Below are positions 9,828 through 17,610 of a DNA stretch of 30,325 nucleotides, piece by piece. Location: IMG/VR virus record IMGVR_UViG_3300027711_000013, positions 1 to 30,325 of that record, one strand, 5' to 3'. Position numbers and translations under genes: made by a program. Within the stretch, counting starts at the first letter, position 1, and the number at the start of each line of letters is the position of its first letter. The notes beneath the pieces were generated by a model. That model saw only the letters and a program-made list of their open reading frames with translations, was not told the DNA's origin and did no database searches. This stretch comes from a virus. Taxonomy: Duplodnaviria > Caudoviricetes.

Positions 9828-10634
9828 ATGGCAAGGCAAGTGAAGCGCATCAGTGATCTGCCAGAAGCCGCACCGATTCAGGGCGACGAGCTGCTGGAGA
9901 TGGTTCAGGGCGGCGTTAACGTTCGGGTGCGGGCGGATGAGTTGGGTGGTACCGAGCTGCCCATCGAGATTACGGACGTTGCCGGCCTTCCTGAAGCCTT
10001 GGACGAGCGCGTGCTGGACGATGATCCGCGCCTTAGTGACGCTCGCGCACCTACCGGGGGAGCTGGTGGCGTGCTGTCCGGCCAATATCCGAACCCCGGC
10101 TTTGCTGTGCCGATGGCTACGGCGGCGCAGTTGGCGGAGAAGGTCGGCTCAATTGTCGCCGGGAGCGGAATAACTGTAGATGATAGCGACCCTGTTAACC
10201 CTGTAGTTAGCGTGACTGGTGGAGGAGGCGGAGGGATTGACTCCATCGTTGCAGGCAACGGCATCAACGTGGATAACACTGACCCAGCCAATCCGGTTAT
10301 CAGTGTTACCGGCAGTGCAGGCACCGAAGTCAATGTACAGACCGGCACCGCATACACCTTGGTTCTCTCTGATGCCTTCAAGATGGTAACCATAGATAAC
10401 GCTAACGCCAACACGATAACTGTACCACCGAACAGTGCCGTTGCGTTTCCCGCCAACACGCGCATTGACCTAGGACAGGACGGTGCTGGGCAGACTACGA
10501 TTATTGCTGGTGCTGGCGTGACCATCCGTACACCCGAGACTCTCAAGCTGCGCAAGCAGTGGTCCAAGGCGTCACTGATTCGTCGTGCTGCTGATGTGTG
10601 GGATCTCGTAGGTGACTTGGAGGCTGAGGCATGA
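9828..10634 (+). CDS. Tail fibre-like protein
   Basis: GGAG RBS, ATG 9828; N-terminal KRISDLPEA...GDEL..MVQGG; DDPRLSDARAP motif; duplicated SIVAG.GI.VD..DP.NPV.SVTG; C-terminal TAYTLVLSDA...W..VGDL fibre-end domain. Confidence 0.8.
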   Translation: MARQVKRISDLPEAAPIQGDELLEMVQGGVNVRVRADELGGTELPIEITDVAGLPEALDERVLDDDPRLSDARAPTGGAGGVLSGQYPNPGFAVPMATAAQLAEKVGSIVAGSGITVDDSDPVNPVVSVTGGGGGGIDSIVAGNGINVDNTDPANPVISVTGSAGTEVNVQTGTAYTLVLSDAFKMVTIDNANANTITVPPNSAVAFPANTRIDLGQDGAGQTTIIAGAGVTIRTPETLKLRKQWSKASLIRRAADVWDLVGDLEAEA

Positions 10635-11335
10635 TCCCACTTGGTATCCTCGCGTCGTCGGTTCGCCGTGCTTCGGCAGGCGCCAACGATCCTTACTGGG
10701 ATAACGTCGTGGCGTTGTTGCATTTTGATGGGGATTTGACGGATGAGACAGGCAGGGTATGGGGCGTTATTGGAAATCCATCTTTTGAGCACGTGGAACC
10801 GATATACGGAACAGGGAGTTTTAAAACAAATGGCAAAGAAGCAGCGGAAACTGCAAACCATGGGCTTATAAATAATAATAACGACCCGTACTGTATAGAG
10901 TTTACATTTAAAGCGGTCTCTTTAGACACCTTTGGTGTTTTGAACCCGCTGTTTTGGTGCTACTCGAGCGGAGGCTATGGGGACTCGCTTATCGGCATAA
11001 ACAGCTCATCTGGTCTGCGCATCCAACTTCACTCGGGTGCCAACTCGTGGATTCTTGCAGAGAGTTTAGCCCCTATAACAATTGGAGTTAAATACCATTT
11101 GGCTATTACATATGACGGGAGTGATTTGCGTGTTTTCTTAGATGGTGTTTTGGTATATATCGGGGTGGGAATAAAAATACAAACCCCGACTAGTCCTTTG
11201 AGGTTCGGGACAGCTGGGGAAGGTAGCTACATGCAGGGCTCCAATCACATATATGACGAACTCCGCATCACCAAAGGCGTCGCCCGCTATACCGAAGACT
11301 TCACACCTCCCACAGAGCCGTTCCCGAACCAATAG
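10631..11335 (+). CDS. LamG/concanavalin A-like lectin domain protein (putative receptor-binding)
   Basis: DPYWDNVVALLHFDG start, YHLAITYDG...VFLDG core and DELRITKGVARYT.DFTPP..PFP end; AT-richer central part. Confidence 0.85.
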   Translation: MIPLGILASSVRRASAGANDPYWDNVVALLHFDGDLTDETGRVWGVIGNPSFEHVEPIYGTGSFKTNGKEAAETANHGLINNNNDPYCIEFTFKAVSLDTFGVLNPLFWCYSSGGYGDSLIGINSSSGLRIQLHSGANSWILAESLAPITIGVKYHLAITYDGSDLRVFLDGVLVYIGVGIKIQTPTSPLRFGTAGEGSYMQGSNHIYDELRITKGVARYTEDFTPPTEPFPNQ

Positions 11336-11351
11336 TCCGAGCCACGGGACG

Positions 11352-11380
11352 TTGTTGAGCCTATAGCATCACGCTACAAT
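11352..11380 (+). promoter_or_regulatory. Possible sigma70 promoter ahead of the lysis cassette
   Basis: TTGTTG-N17-TACAAT in the 75-bp gap between the lectin and holin genes. Confidence 0.35.
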
Positions 11381-11410
11381 CACCCAAACCGGACGCAGTA
11401 AGGCCATGAC

Positions 11411-11779
11411 GTGACAACGCAATCAGATCAGTGCATAGGGATGGGGATAACGGCGGCTTGCGGGTTCATCTTGAACCCGTGGGCATGCATAGGGGCTTTG
11501 GCGGGGTGCTGCTTCTTCTTGGCGATGCCTAGCACCACGCAGACCCTTACCCAGAGGATGCTGCTATCGTTCTTCTCTTGGGTCATGGGGTACGCTGCGG
11601 GGGCGTACTTCTACCCCGGCCCGCCGTGGAGCCAGGAGGCCATGCTTGTATCCGCTGCCGCCGCCGCGCTGTCATCCGTCGCGTTCACTGGAATATACGC
11701 TTCCATGCACTCCAACTCAGACCTTCCCCGCTGGCTGTTGTCTATAGTGGAGATAGTGAAGAACTGGAGAAGCAAATGA
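11411..11779 (+). CDS. Putative holin / lysis membrane protein 1
   Basis: 122 aa with 3-4 hydrophobic segments and a basic C-terminus; GTG start; upstream of the endolysin. Confidence 0.7.
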   Translation: MTTQSDQCIGMGITAACGFILNPWACIGALAGCCFFLAMPSTTQTLTQRMLLSFFSWVMGYAAGAYFYPGPPWSQEAMLVSAAAAALSSVAFTGIYASMHSNSDLPRWLLSIVEIVKNWRSK

Positions 11780-12051
11780 ATGAGGACCTGCTGCTGTATA
11801 TACGGCTTGCGCTCCATCTGGTGACGTTCGCCTACCTTGTTTCATACCGCACCACACAGACCAGCCGCCCTTTCGTAAGCCTTGTTGCCGCGATGGCAGC
11901 AGGCGTATCACTGGCAGCAGCCGCACACATTGTACTGATGAGGCCGCAAGGCGGGCAGATGATGGCTACGTTGCTGGCGCTGGCGGGCGCGGTGGCTGTG
12001 GCTCGGTGTGGTGGGAATCTAGCGAGGGTTTTTAAGGGGAGGGCGGTATGA
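11776..12051 (+). CDS. Putative holin / lysis membrane protein 2
   Basis: GGAG then ATG 11776 (ATGA overlap); 91 aa with about 3-4 TM segments, ending RCGGNLARV as in P2/phiCTX-type holin-region proteins. Confidence 0.7.
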   Translation: MNEDLLLYIRLALHLVTFAYLVSYRTTQTSRPFVSLVAAMAAGVSLAAAAHIVLMRPQGGQMMATLLALAGAVAVARCGGNLARVFKGRAV

Positions 12052-12545
12052 GCGGATTCAATGATGCTTTCGAGCGTCTGATTAGCCACGAAGGCGGATA
12101 TGTCAACCACCCTGACGACCCAGGCGGCGAAACAAACTGGGGCATCACCAAGCGCGTAGCCATGGAGAATGGATACACCGGATCGATGCGCGAACTCACT
12201 CGGGACAGGGCCAAGTCGATATACAAGTCGGCTTACTGGGATCGAGCGAAAGCAGATCAGTACGACTACGCCATCGGCTTTCAGCTATTCGATGCGGCAG
12301 TGAATCACGGCATCGGCAACGCCATTCGCTTTTTGCAGCGCGCAGTCGGCACGGCAGACGATGGGATTGTCGGTCCTGCCACTCTGCGAGCTATTGCCGC
12401 TATGTCTGTTACGGATATCCTGATGCGCTTCAATGCGGAGCGTCTGGAGTTCTACGCTAAACTATCTACGTTCACCTCATTCGGGCGCGGCTGGACTCGC
12501 CGGGTGGCTGAAAACCTGCGCCATGGTGCGCGAGACTCGGAGTAA
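12048..12545 (+). CDS. Endolysin, glycoside hydrolase family 108 with C-terminal peptidoglycan-binding domain
   Basis: HEGGYVNHPDDPGGETNWGIT, FDAAVNHG, DDGIVGPATL and FGRGWTRRV motifs. Confidence 0.95.
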   Translation: MSGFNDAFERLISHEGGYVNHPDDPGGETNWGITKRVAMENGYTGSMRELTRDRAKSIYKSAYWDRAKADQYDYAIGFQLFDAAVNHGIGNAIRFLQRAVGTADDGIVGPATLRAIAAMSVTDILMRFNAERLEFYAKLSTFTSFGRGWTRRVAENLRHGARDSE

Positions 12546-12549
12546 AGAC

Positions 12550-12789
12550 ATGGACAACTTCACCATCACCCACAAAGGCTGGTTCTTCTACATCATCCCG
12601 ATCTATCTGGACATGCGCGACGAATCCTGCCCGTCTATTGCTGGTCGGCACTGGATATTCGAGCCGTTCCTGATGGTCATGGATTTGCTGTTTAGCGCTG
12701 CTGATTACGTGGCTGGTCGGCTGTTCGGCGCTGAACTCACCATGCCCATGCTCATCACCGGCGAGATTGGAGCCGATGGTGCCCCTTAG
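12550..12789 (+). CDS. Hypothetical hydrophobic protein inside the lysis cassette
   Basis: GGAG RBS, ATG 12550; 79 aa; fills the gap between the endolysin and Rz. Confidence 0.6.
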   Translation: MDNFTITHKGWFFYIIPIYLDMRDESCPSIAGRHWIFEPFLMVMDLLFSAADYVAGRLFGAELTMPMLITGEIGADGAP

Positions 12790-13291
12790 CACCCGCGCAT
12801 GGATAGCAGCTGGCCTGGTTGTCGGCGGCTTTCTCGTAGGCTGGCAGACGCAAAGCTGGCGCATGTCAGGGCAGCTGGAGTCAGAACGAGCAAGCCATGC
12901 CGCCTACGTGGCTCGCCAGCAGGAAGCAAGCGCCGAGGTCATCATCAGCATCCTAGAGCGCGAGCGCGCCTTGCTGGATCAGATAGAGGAGATAAGCGCC
13001 CATGGGGAAAGAGTCAAACAGGATCTGGATCGGCAGCTGGCTGATAGTGACGCTGTTGCTCGTCGGCTGCAAAGACAACTCAGTGATTTATCAGGACGCA
13101 TCAATTCAGATACCGCCGCTACCGCAGAGTGCCAGGCAGCCAGCTCCACTGCCGGAGTGCTTGCCGAGCTGCTCGGAGAGGCTGATGAATTGGCGGGCGC
13201 GTTCGCTGAAAGTGCTGACCGAAATCGAATAGCGGGGGAGGCGTGCGAGGCGGTGCATGATGCTGTTCGCCTGCACGCCAACCCGGACTAG
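12776..13291 (+). CDS. Rz: i-spanin (Rz-like)
   Basis: Single N-terminal TM segment (WIAAGLVVGGFLVGWQ) followed by a coiled coil; C-terminal AD..RIAG.ACE motif; downstream of the endolysin. Confidence 0.85.
   Translation: MVPLSTRAWIAAGLVVGGFLVGWQTQSWRMSGQLESERASHAAYVARQQEASAEVIISILERERALLDQIEEISAHGERVKQDLDRQLADSDAVARRLQRQLSDLSGRINSDTAATAECQAASSTAGVLAELLGEADELAGAFAESADRNRIAGEACEAVHDAVRLHANPD
13002..13232 (+). CDS. Rz1: o-spanin lipoprotein (Rz1-like), fully embedded in the +1 frame of Rz
   Basis: Signal peptide with lipobox LLVG-C, Pro-rich mature part (IPPLPQSARQPAPLP), nested inside Rz. Confidence 0.85.
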   Translation: MGKESNRIWIGSWLIVTLLLVGCKDNSVIYQDASIQIPPLPQSARQPAPLPECLPSCSERLMNWRARSLKVLTEIE

Positions 13292-13497
13292 CGCTCCGCA
13301 ACCTCCTGACAATAAACACACCGAACAGCCCACGGCGCTGCAAGCCGCCGCGCCTCGGGTATCTCGTCGCCGCAGCCCTCGCATTCGGTAGCGCCGGGCT
13401 GGGCCAGTTGTGCGCGAACTGCTTGAGTCCCTGCTGCGCGCTCGGCTTCTTCTAGTTCGCTGGCGCGGTCTAGTAGGTCGGCGGGGGCTTGGATCAT
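13288..13497 (-). CDS. TraR/DksA C4-type zinc finger protein
   Basis: DLLDRASELE N-terminal helix and CEGCGDEIPEARR.A.P...RCVYCQE; GGAGG RBS. Confidence 0.9.
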   Translation of the reverse strand: MIQAPADLLDRASELEEAERAAGTQAVRAQLAQPGATECEGCGDEIPEARRLAAPWAVRCVYCQEVAER

Positions 13498-13516
13498 GGC
13501 TTGTCCTCCTTTAGCT

Positions 13517-13996
13517 TCATACCGTATGCGGCTCCGGCTTCTTCACGTTGACATACTCATTGCTGACCTCGATGGCAGCGCTAAACAGCGCGTCGGCATC
13601 CTTCTCGCTGTATTCAATGGGATACGGGAAGGCAATCCAACCTGAGCTGTAGAGGTGCTGCGGGTTTTGGGCGCTCACCAATGCCGTGTGATGCTCACGA
13701 ATCATATCAGTCAGGTGCTCGGCTCGGTATATCCCGTCAGTCTCCACCTCAACAGCCTTGGTGTACTGCTCGCCATCCGGCTTGCGGCAGAACGCGGCCA
13801 TGTAGATTGTCCAGCGGTGCGGCACGTCGCACAACGCCTTGGCGATGCGCGGGCTGGCTGGGATCAGCTTGCGGTTGCCGTGATGGAATGTTGTCTGGAA
13901 CGTGTACGGTTCGTTCAGGTTCACAATGCAGACCTTGTGCAGCCGCAGGACTGAGCGGGCGGCGTTCGCCAGGCGGGCTCTTGTTTGGGGTTTCAT
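13517..13996 (-). CDS. Hypothetical phage protein
   Basis: 159 aa, AGGAG RBS, ATGA coupling to the upstream gene. Confidence 0.75.
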   Translation of the reverse strand: MKPQTRARLANAARSVLRLHKVCIVNLNEPYTFQTTFHHGNRKLIPASPRIAKALCDVPHRWTIYMAAFCRKPDGEQYTKAVEVETDGIYRAEHLTDMIREHHTALVSAQNPQHLYSSGWIAFPYPIEYSEKDADALFSAAIEVSNEYVNVKKPEPHTV

Positions 13997-14472
13997 GGGT
14001 TGTTCTCCTGTATGGCTTTATCGATGGCGCGCTCTACGGCTCGGTTCAGCTGATCTTCTCGAAGATCGCCGCTGTAGTAGTCATCCACGACGTATATATT
14101 GCACAGGCGTCGTATGGCGGCGCGAAGCAGGTCGCACTCGGTCATGCCGCCGCTCCGGGCCTTGTCATCATGAATGAACTTGGCAAGCTCGGCGTTCCCG
14201 CTGATTTCGCGCATATCATCCCCTTTGAATCCTGCCTGCAGCGGATTTGCTCCGAACCCATGCTCAAGCCACCAGTCCTGCAGGGTGTCGCAATCCCAGT
14301 CGAGGTGCTCCGCCAGCAGGCGCGTGTACTCCTCCTGAAGCTCGCATATGGCATGAGATAGCGGTCCGTCCGCGTAGCCTGTCAAGGCGTAAAAGCTGCT
14401 CATCTTCTCGTCCATAGCCTGCATGACGCGTTGCCAGCGGTTCAGGTGGTGGGCGATCTGGTCATGAGTCAT
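13993..14472 (-). CDS. Hypothetical phage protein
   Basis: 159 aa, ATGA-coupled on both sides. Confidence 0.7.
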   Translation of the reverse strand: MTHDQIAHHLNRWQRVMQAMDEKMSSFYALTGYADGPLSHAICELQEEYTRLLAEHLDWDCDTLQDWWLEHGFGANPLQAGFKGDDMREISGNAELAKFIHDDKARSGGMTECDLLRAAIRRLCNIYVVDDYYSGDLREDQLNRAVERAIDKAIQENNP

Positions 14473-14780
14473 GGCTTGTCTCCCTCCATGGCGGCGTCGA
14501 TGGCGGCGTCAATCTCAGCTCGCCAATTGGCATTCCAAGGCTTTGCGTGTACCAGAACGGGCCCCTCTTCGCCAAGCCAGTCGCTAACGCAGGTATCAAC
14601 TAGCCACCGGTACCGCGCCGCATCCTTGCGCAGCTGATCGAGCTCTTCCATCAGCGCTTCGTAGTCCTCGTACAGGACAAAGTCGCCATCATCCGATTCT
14701 TGGATGGTATCAACGCGGCAGATTTGTTCTGGGCACCCCATGTCGTCGTATCTCTGCACATTCGGTTTACTGGTTTTCAT
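14469..14780 (-). CDS. Ead/Ea22-like accessory protein
   Basis: GGAGG then ATG 14780; G.FVLYEDY..L, LRKDAARYRWL and EIDAAIDAAM motifs common in lambdoid accessory proteins. Confidence 0.65.
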   Translation of the reverse strand: MKTSKPNVQRYDDMGCPEQICRVDTIQESDDGDFVLYEDYEALMEELDQLRKDAARYRWLVDTCVSDWLGEEGPVLVHAKPWNANWRAEIDAAIDAAMEGDKP

Positions 14781-15193
14781 AGCTTTGCCTCCTGCAGGGC
14801 GGCGTCGACCCCCTCCACCAGTTCGTCCCATTGGTTCCGCCGGGGCCGGAATCCCTCAAGCATGTGGGATGCTTCGGCGTGCGCCCTTATTATGGGCTGC
14901 GCATGGCGGAGCAGGTTGCGCAGCTTCTCGCACTCGGCTTTCAGTGCGTCCACCTGCTCAAGCGCTCGCATTAACTCCCCGAAGTGCGCGTCGCGGTCTT
15001 GGCGCACCTGGAACAGCTCTTCCTCGTGGGCTGCCTTCAGGGCTTCGTAGTCGCTGAGGCGCACCAGCGGCACATCGTTAAACTCAGCAGGAGTGTCTGT
15101 CAGGATGCATGGCGCGTTATTGTGGCGTGACTCCAGCTTGTGCAGCGCGGTGCTGGGTGCCCATGCTGCGATAGGTGGATTATTGGTTGTCAT
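14777..15193 (-). CDS. Hypothetical coiled-coil phage protein
   Basis: 138 aa; PLVRLSDYEAL and ALKAECEKLR segments; ATGA coupling. Confidence 0.7.
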   Translation of the reverse strand: MTTNNPPIAAWAPSTALHKLESRHNNAPCILTDTPAEFNDVPLVRLSDYEALKAAHEEELFQVRQDRDAHFGELMRALEQVDALKAECEKLRNLLRHAQPIIRAHAEASHMLEGFRPRRNQWDELVEGVDAALQEAKL

Positions 15194-15446
15194 GTCCGGT
15201 CCCCACTACCCATAATTGCTCTATACGGCACTGCTCGCAGCACTTGCGCACAGTGCGAATCTCCCTGTAAATCTCGGCACCGACCCCAAACTGCAACGCA
15301 GCCCGGGTCGCTCGTTGTCTGTTTCTGTACCATTTGCACTCGCCACCCGGCTGAAAGCTGGGCGGGTAGACGAGGTATGCGACCATGGTTCGCGGGCGGG
15401 ATCGGCTGGGATCGCGCCGCTTCGCCTCCGGCTTATTGGTTGTCAT
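15180..15446 (-). CDS. Hypothetical basic protein flanked by a 17-bp direct repeat
   Basis: 88 aa, AGGAG RBS, ATGA coupling to the 473-aa gene. Confidence 0.55.
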   Translation of the reverse strand: MTTNKPEAKRRDPSRSRPRTMVAYLVYPPSFQPGGECKWYRNRQRATRAALQFGVGAEIYREIRTVRKCCEQCRIEQLWVVGTGHDNQ

Positions 15447-15449
15447 GTC
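15180..15449. repeat. 17-bp direct repeat ttattggttgtcatgtc at 15180-15196 and 15433-15449
   Basis: Exact match read directly; each copy contains the ATG of an MTTN-starting gene. Confidence 0.9.
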
Positions 15450-16864
15450 TTGTCTCCTTGTTTGCGGTAGGCGGCGAGGGCGGCGTCAATGCGCTCAATG
15501 ATTTTTCCTGTGGGTTCTCTGGAGGCATTAGGGAAAGATTTCAGCCATTCTTTAAGGTCGATGCGTGCAAGATCCAGCGCCTCCACCAGCTCCTCCACCA
15601 GTGCTGATACGTCCGGACATTCATTGGCAGGTCCGGTGAAATCTCCCCTGCCGCACTCAGCCGAGCGAAGACGTTGTGCGTCATCTGCGCTCAGAGGCCA
15701 GTAGACCGTATCCGCTACGGTTATGTACCCGACGCCATCCCGGCAGTCTGCTGGGCTTCGTCGGCCAGCACCACAACCGTCGGTATAGATGACTGTGATC
15801 GGCGCCTCCTCCAGCCCCTCCACGTCCGGCGCGGGCTGCTGCTCAGCTACCCGCTTGCCAGCCTCCCAGAAAACGGCACACTGCGCAGCTGCGGCTGTAC
15901 CCCATATCTCGTGCTCTCGGCACAGCGCCTCGAATGCGGGATCATCGTAGGGGGCACCCTCGCGTATGTCCTCGGGGCAAGGCCGGTGCTCTGTGGGCTG
16001 CTGGGAGAGGTCGGACGGATCGCGTAGGATTGCCGCATAGCCAAGGTCCAGAACCAAGTCATAGCCGAAGTCTCGGGCCAGCGTCTCGGCGGAGAACGTC
16101 TCGTAGTGGTTGGGCAGCACGTCGCCGCTCGCATCCTTCCACCGAAATGCGTCGCGGTAGATGACCTTGAAGCCCGGCCCTACGATCTTGATCAGCGCCT
16201 TTGCGGCGGGGACGTTGATTCCATCATCCACCCCCACGGGCGCGCTCGGGGGCGGCGGGTCGTCATTGGCGATGTAGCGCCCGCAGACCTCGTGCTGCTC
16301 GCTGTATGTGACCTCCCGCGCATCCACGCCTCGCTGGCAATGCACGCAGTACCAGCCCGGCTGCGCCTCGGCAGGCCGCACAAACCATTCGGCGTTGTCA
16401 CCTGTCCCGAGCGACGGACGCCACCGCATCGGTTCGCGGTCATCCTTGCGGCTCCACACGTACCACTCCGATGCAGACACACGCTTGTAGTACGCATCCT
16501 GATGCGGCTGGTAGTGTGTAGCGCCCGGAGGTGCTGCATCCCAATCAGGCATCGTCTGCGCCTCGGCCGGCTGCTGCTCTGCGGGCTGCGGGGCGGTGTA
16601 GAGCGGGGTGATGGACTCGTCGGGCGGGCACCAAAGCTCAGCCGTTTCTTTCCCGAGAACAATTTTTGTTCGGCCCGCCTCGTCGTTGAAAAGGTACGCC
16701 ACCGGCTCCCCCTGCATAGCAGGCGCGGCAACATGGAATCGTTCGCAAATTTTGTCTGCCAAAGCCCCTGCTCCCATTCTGTTATTACCGTCCACCTTCC
16801 TGATGAACTGCGCGAGTTCGTCAACAATGCTCTTTGGCGCCAGATTGTAATCACTCATCTTCAT
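15443..16864 (-). CDS. Modular Ead/Eaa-like mosaic protein
   Basis: 473 aa; EPVAY...PLYTAPQP module, W..AP.GATHY module, CVHC/CEVC-like Cys clusters, repeated (A)EQQP(A)/PAEAQ linkers. Confidence 0.75.
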   Translation of the reverse strand: MKMSDYNLAPKSIVDELAQFIRKVDGNNRMGAGALADKICERFHVAAPAMQGEPVAYLFNDEAGRTKIVLGKETAELWCPPDESITPLYTAPQPAEQQPAEAQTMPDWDAAPPGATHYQPHQDAYYKRVSASEWYVWSRKDDREPMRWRPSLGTGDNAEWFVRPAEAQPGWYCVHCQRGVDAREVTYSEQHEVCGRYIANDDPPPPSAPVGVDDGINVPAAKALIKIVGPGFKVIYRDAFRWKDASGDVLPNHYETFSAETLARDFGYDLVLDLGYAAILRDPSDLSQQPTEHRPCPEDIREGAPYDDPAFEALCREHEIWGTAAAAQCAVFWEAGKRVAEQQPAPDVEGLEEAPITVIYTDGCGAGRRSPADCRDGVGYITVADTVYWPLSADDAQRLRSAECGRGDFTGPANECPDVSALVEELVEALDLARIDLKEWLKSFPNASREPTGKIIERIDAALAAYRKQGDKT

Positions 16865-17032
16865 TTCTCCTCAACAATCTTCTTATTGCACCCAGGCTGC
16901 GCAGCGAATGCCGTTATGCCTCGGGTAGGGTTGGCGCAATCCAGCCACTTCTGCCACTCAGTGTATCGCTGGCATGTCTGTGCTGCCGATGATGGTGCCG
17001 GTGCAGAGTGGTTCTGTGTGGGGGAGGGTCAT
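16861..17032 (-). pseudogene. Small Cys-rich ORF apparently split by a 1-nt frameshift
   Basis: ATG 17032 with GGAGG RBS reads MTLPHTEPLCTG.. and stops after 24 aa; a shifted frame reads ..QTCQRYTEWQKWLDCANP...KKIVEEK to a stop overlapping the next ATG; total span 172 nt, not a multiple of 3. Confidence 0.45.
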
Positions 17033-17349
17033 GGGGTTAGCCTCCCGATCTCGGCAGCGGCTCTTACGATGGCGCGGCGGGTGGCGTACGACCTGCCATC
17101 TGGTCTGTCGCCTTCCGTCACAAACACGCCTGCTCTCCTGCTTACAACCGACACTTTTCCGAATGCCTCGAAGTCGAACGAGATCATGAAGTCCAAGACT
17201 ATAGATAGCCTCATGGCATCCCCGTCATCCGCCAGCGGATTCCATGATGTCGGAAAACCGACATTGATGCGCGGGCAGCCCTTCACCCATGAAACTATCT
17301 CCAGTCCCGCCGCCTTAGCAGCCAGCTCCAGCAGTTCGCGATCAGTCAT
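17029..17349 (-). CDS. Hypothetical phage protein (NinX/ABA-sandwich-like)
   Basis: MTDRELLELAAKAAG, WNPL.DDGDA.RL and ATRRAIVRAAAEIG motifs of a widespread phage family. Confidence 0.75.
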   Translation of the reverse strand: MTDRELLELAAKAAGLEIVSWVKGCPRINVGFPTSWNPLADDGDAMRLSIVLDFMISFDFEAFGKVSVVSRRAGVFVTEGDRPDGRSYATRRAIVRAAAEIGRLTP

Positions 17350-17600
17350 GGCTTCACCCTCACGCCCGCGGCTTCGATGGCGGAAATTACGGCCTCAACC
17401 TCTGCTACCATTACCGGATGCGCGAAGTCGCCAGGCTCCGAGCCTTTCGGCAACTCCACCACCAGCGCGGCGCGGGAGGCTTGCCATGCTTGCCATGCCG
17501 CGTCTATCTCAGCTTCAACGTATCCATCTCCATCCCTATGCAGCGGCAACCGGAACCGCTGCGCCCACGCCTCAAACTCCGCCCTCATTTTCTCATCCAT
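17346..17600 (-). CDS. Hypothetical phage protein
   Basis: MRAEFEAWA...AWQAWQASRAALVVELP...AIEAAGVRVK, a common phage accessory family. Confidence 0.75.
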   Translation of the reverse strand: MDEKMRAEFEAWAQRFRLPLHRDGDGYVEAEIDAAWQAWQASRAALVVELPKGSEPGDFAHPVMVAEVEAVISAIEAAGVRVKP

Positions 17601-17610
17601 ACCTACCTCT

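Noticed and set aside
9905-10861. 318-aa - strand ORF over the fibre gene
   Set aside because: Shadow ORF; the + strand products carry recognisable fibre and lectin motifs
10631-11335. Diversity-generating retroelement or invertible tail-fibre switch
   Set aside because: No reverse transcriptase, invertase, template repeat or flanking inverted sites seen in the window
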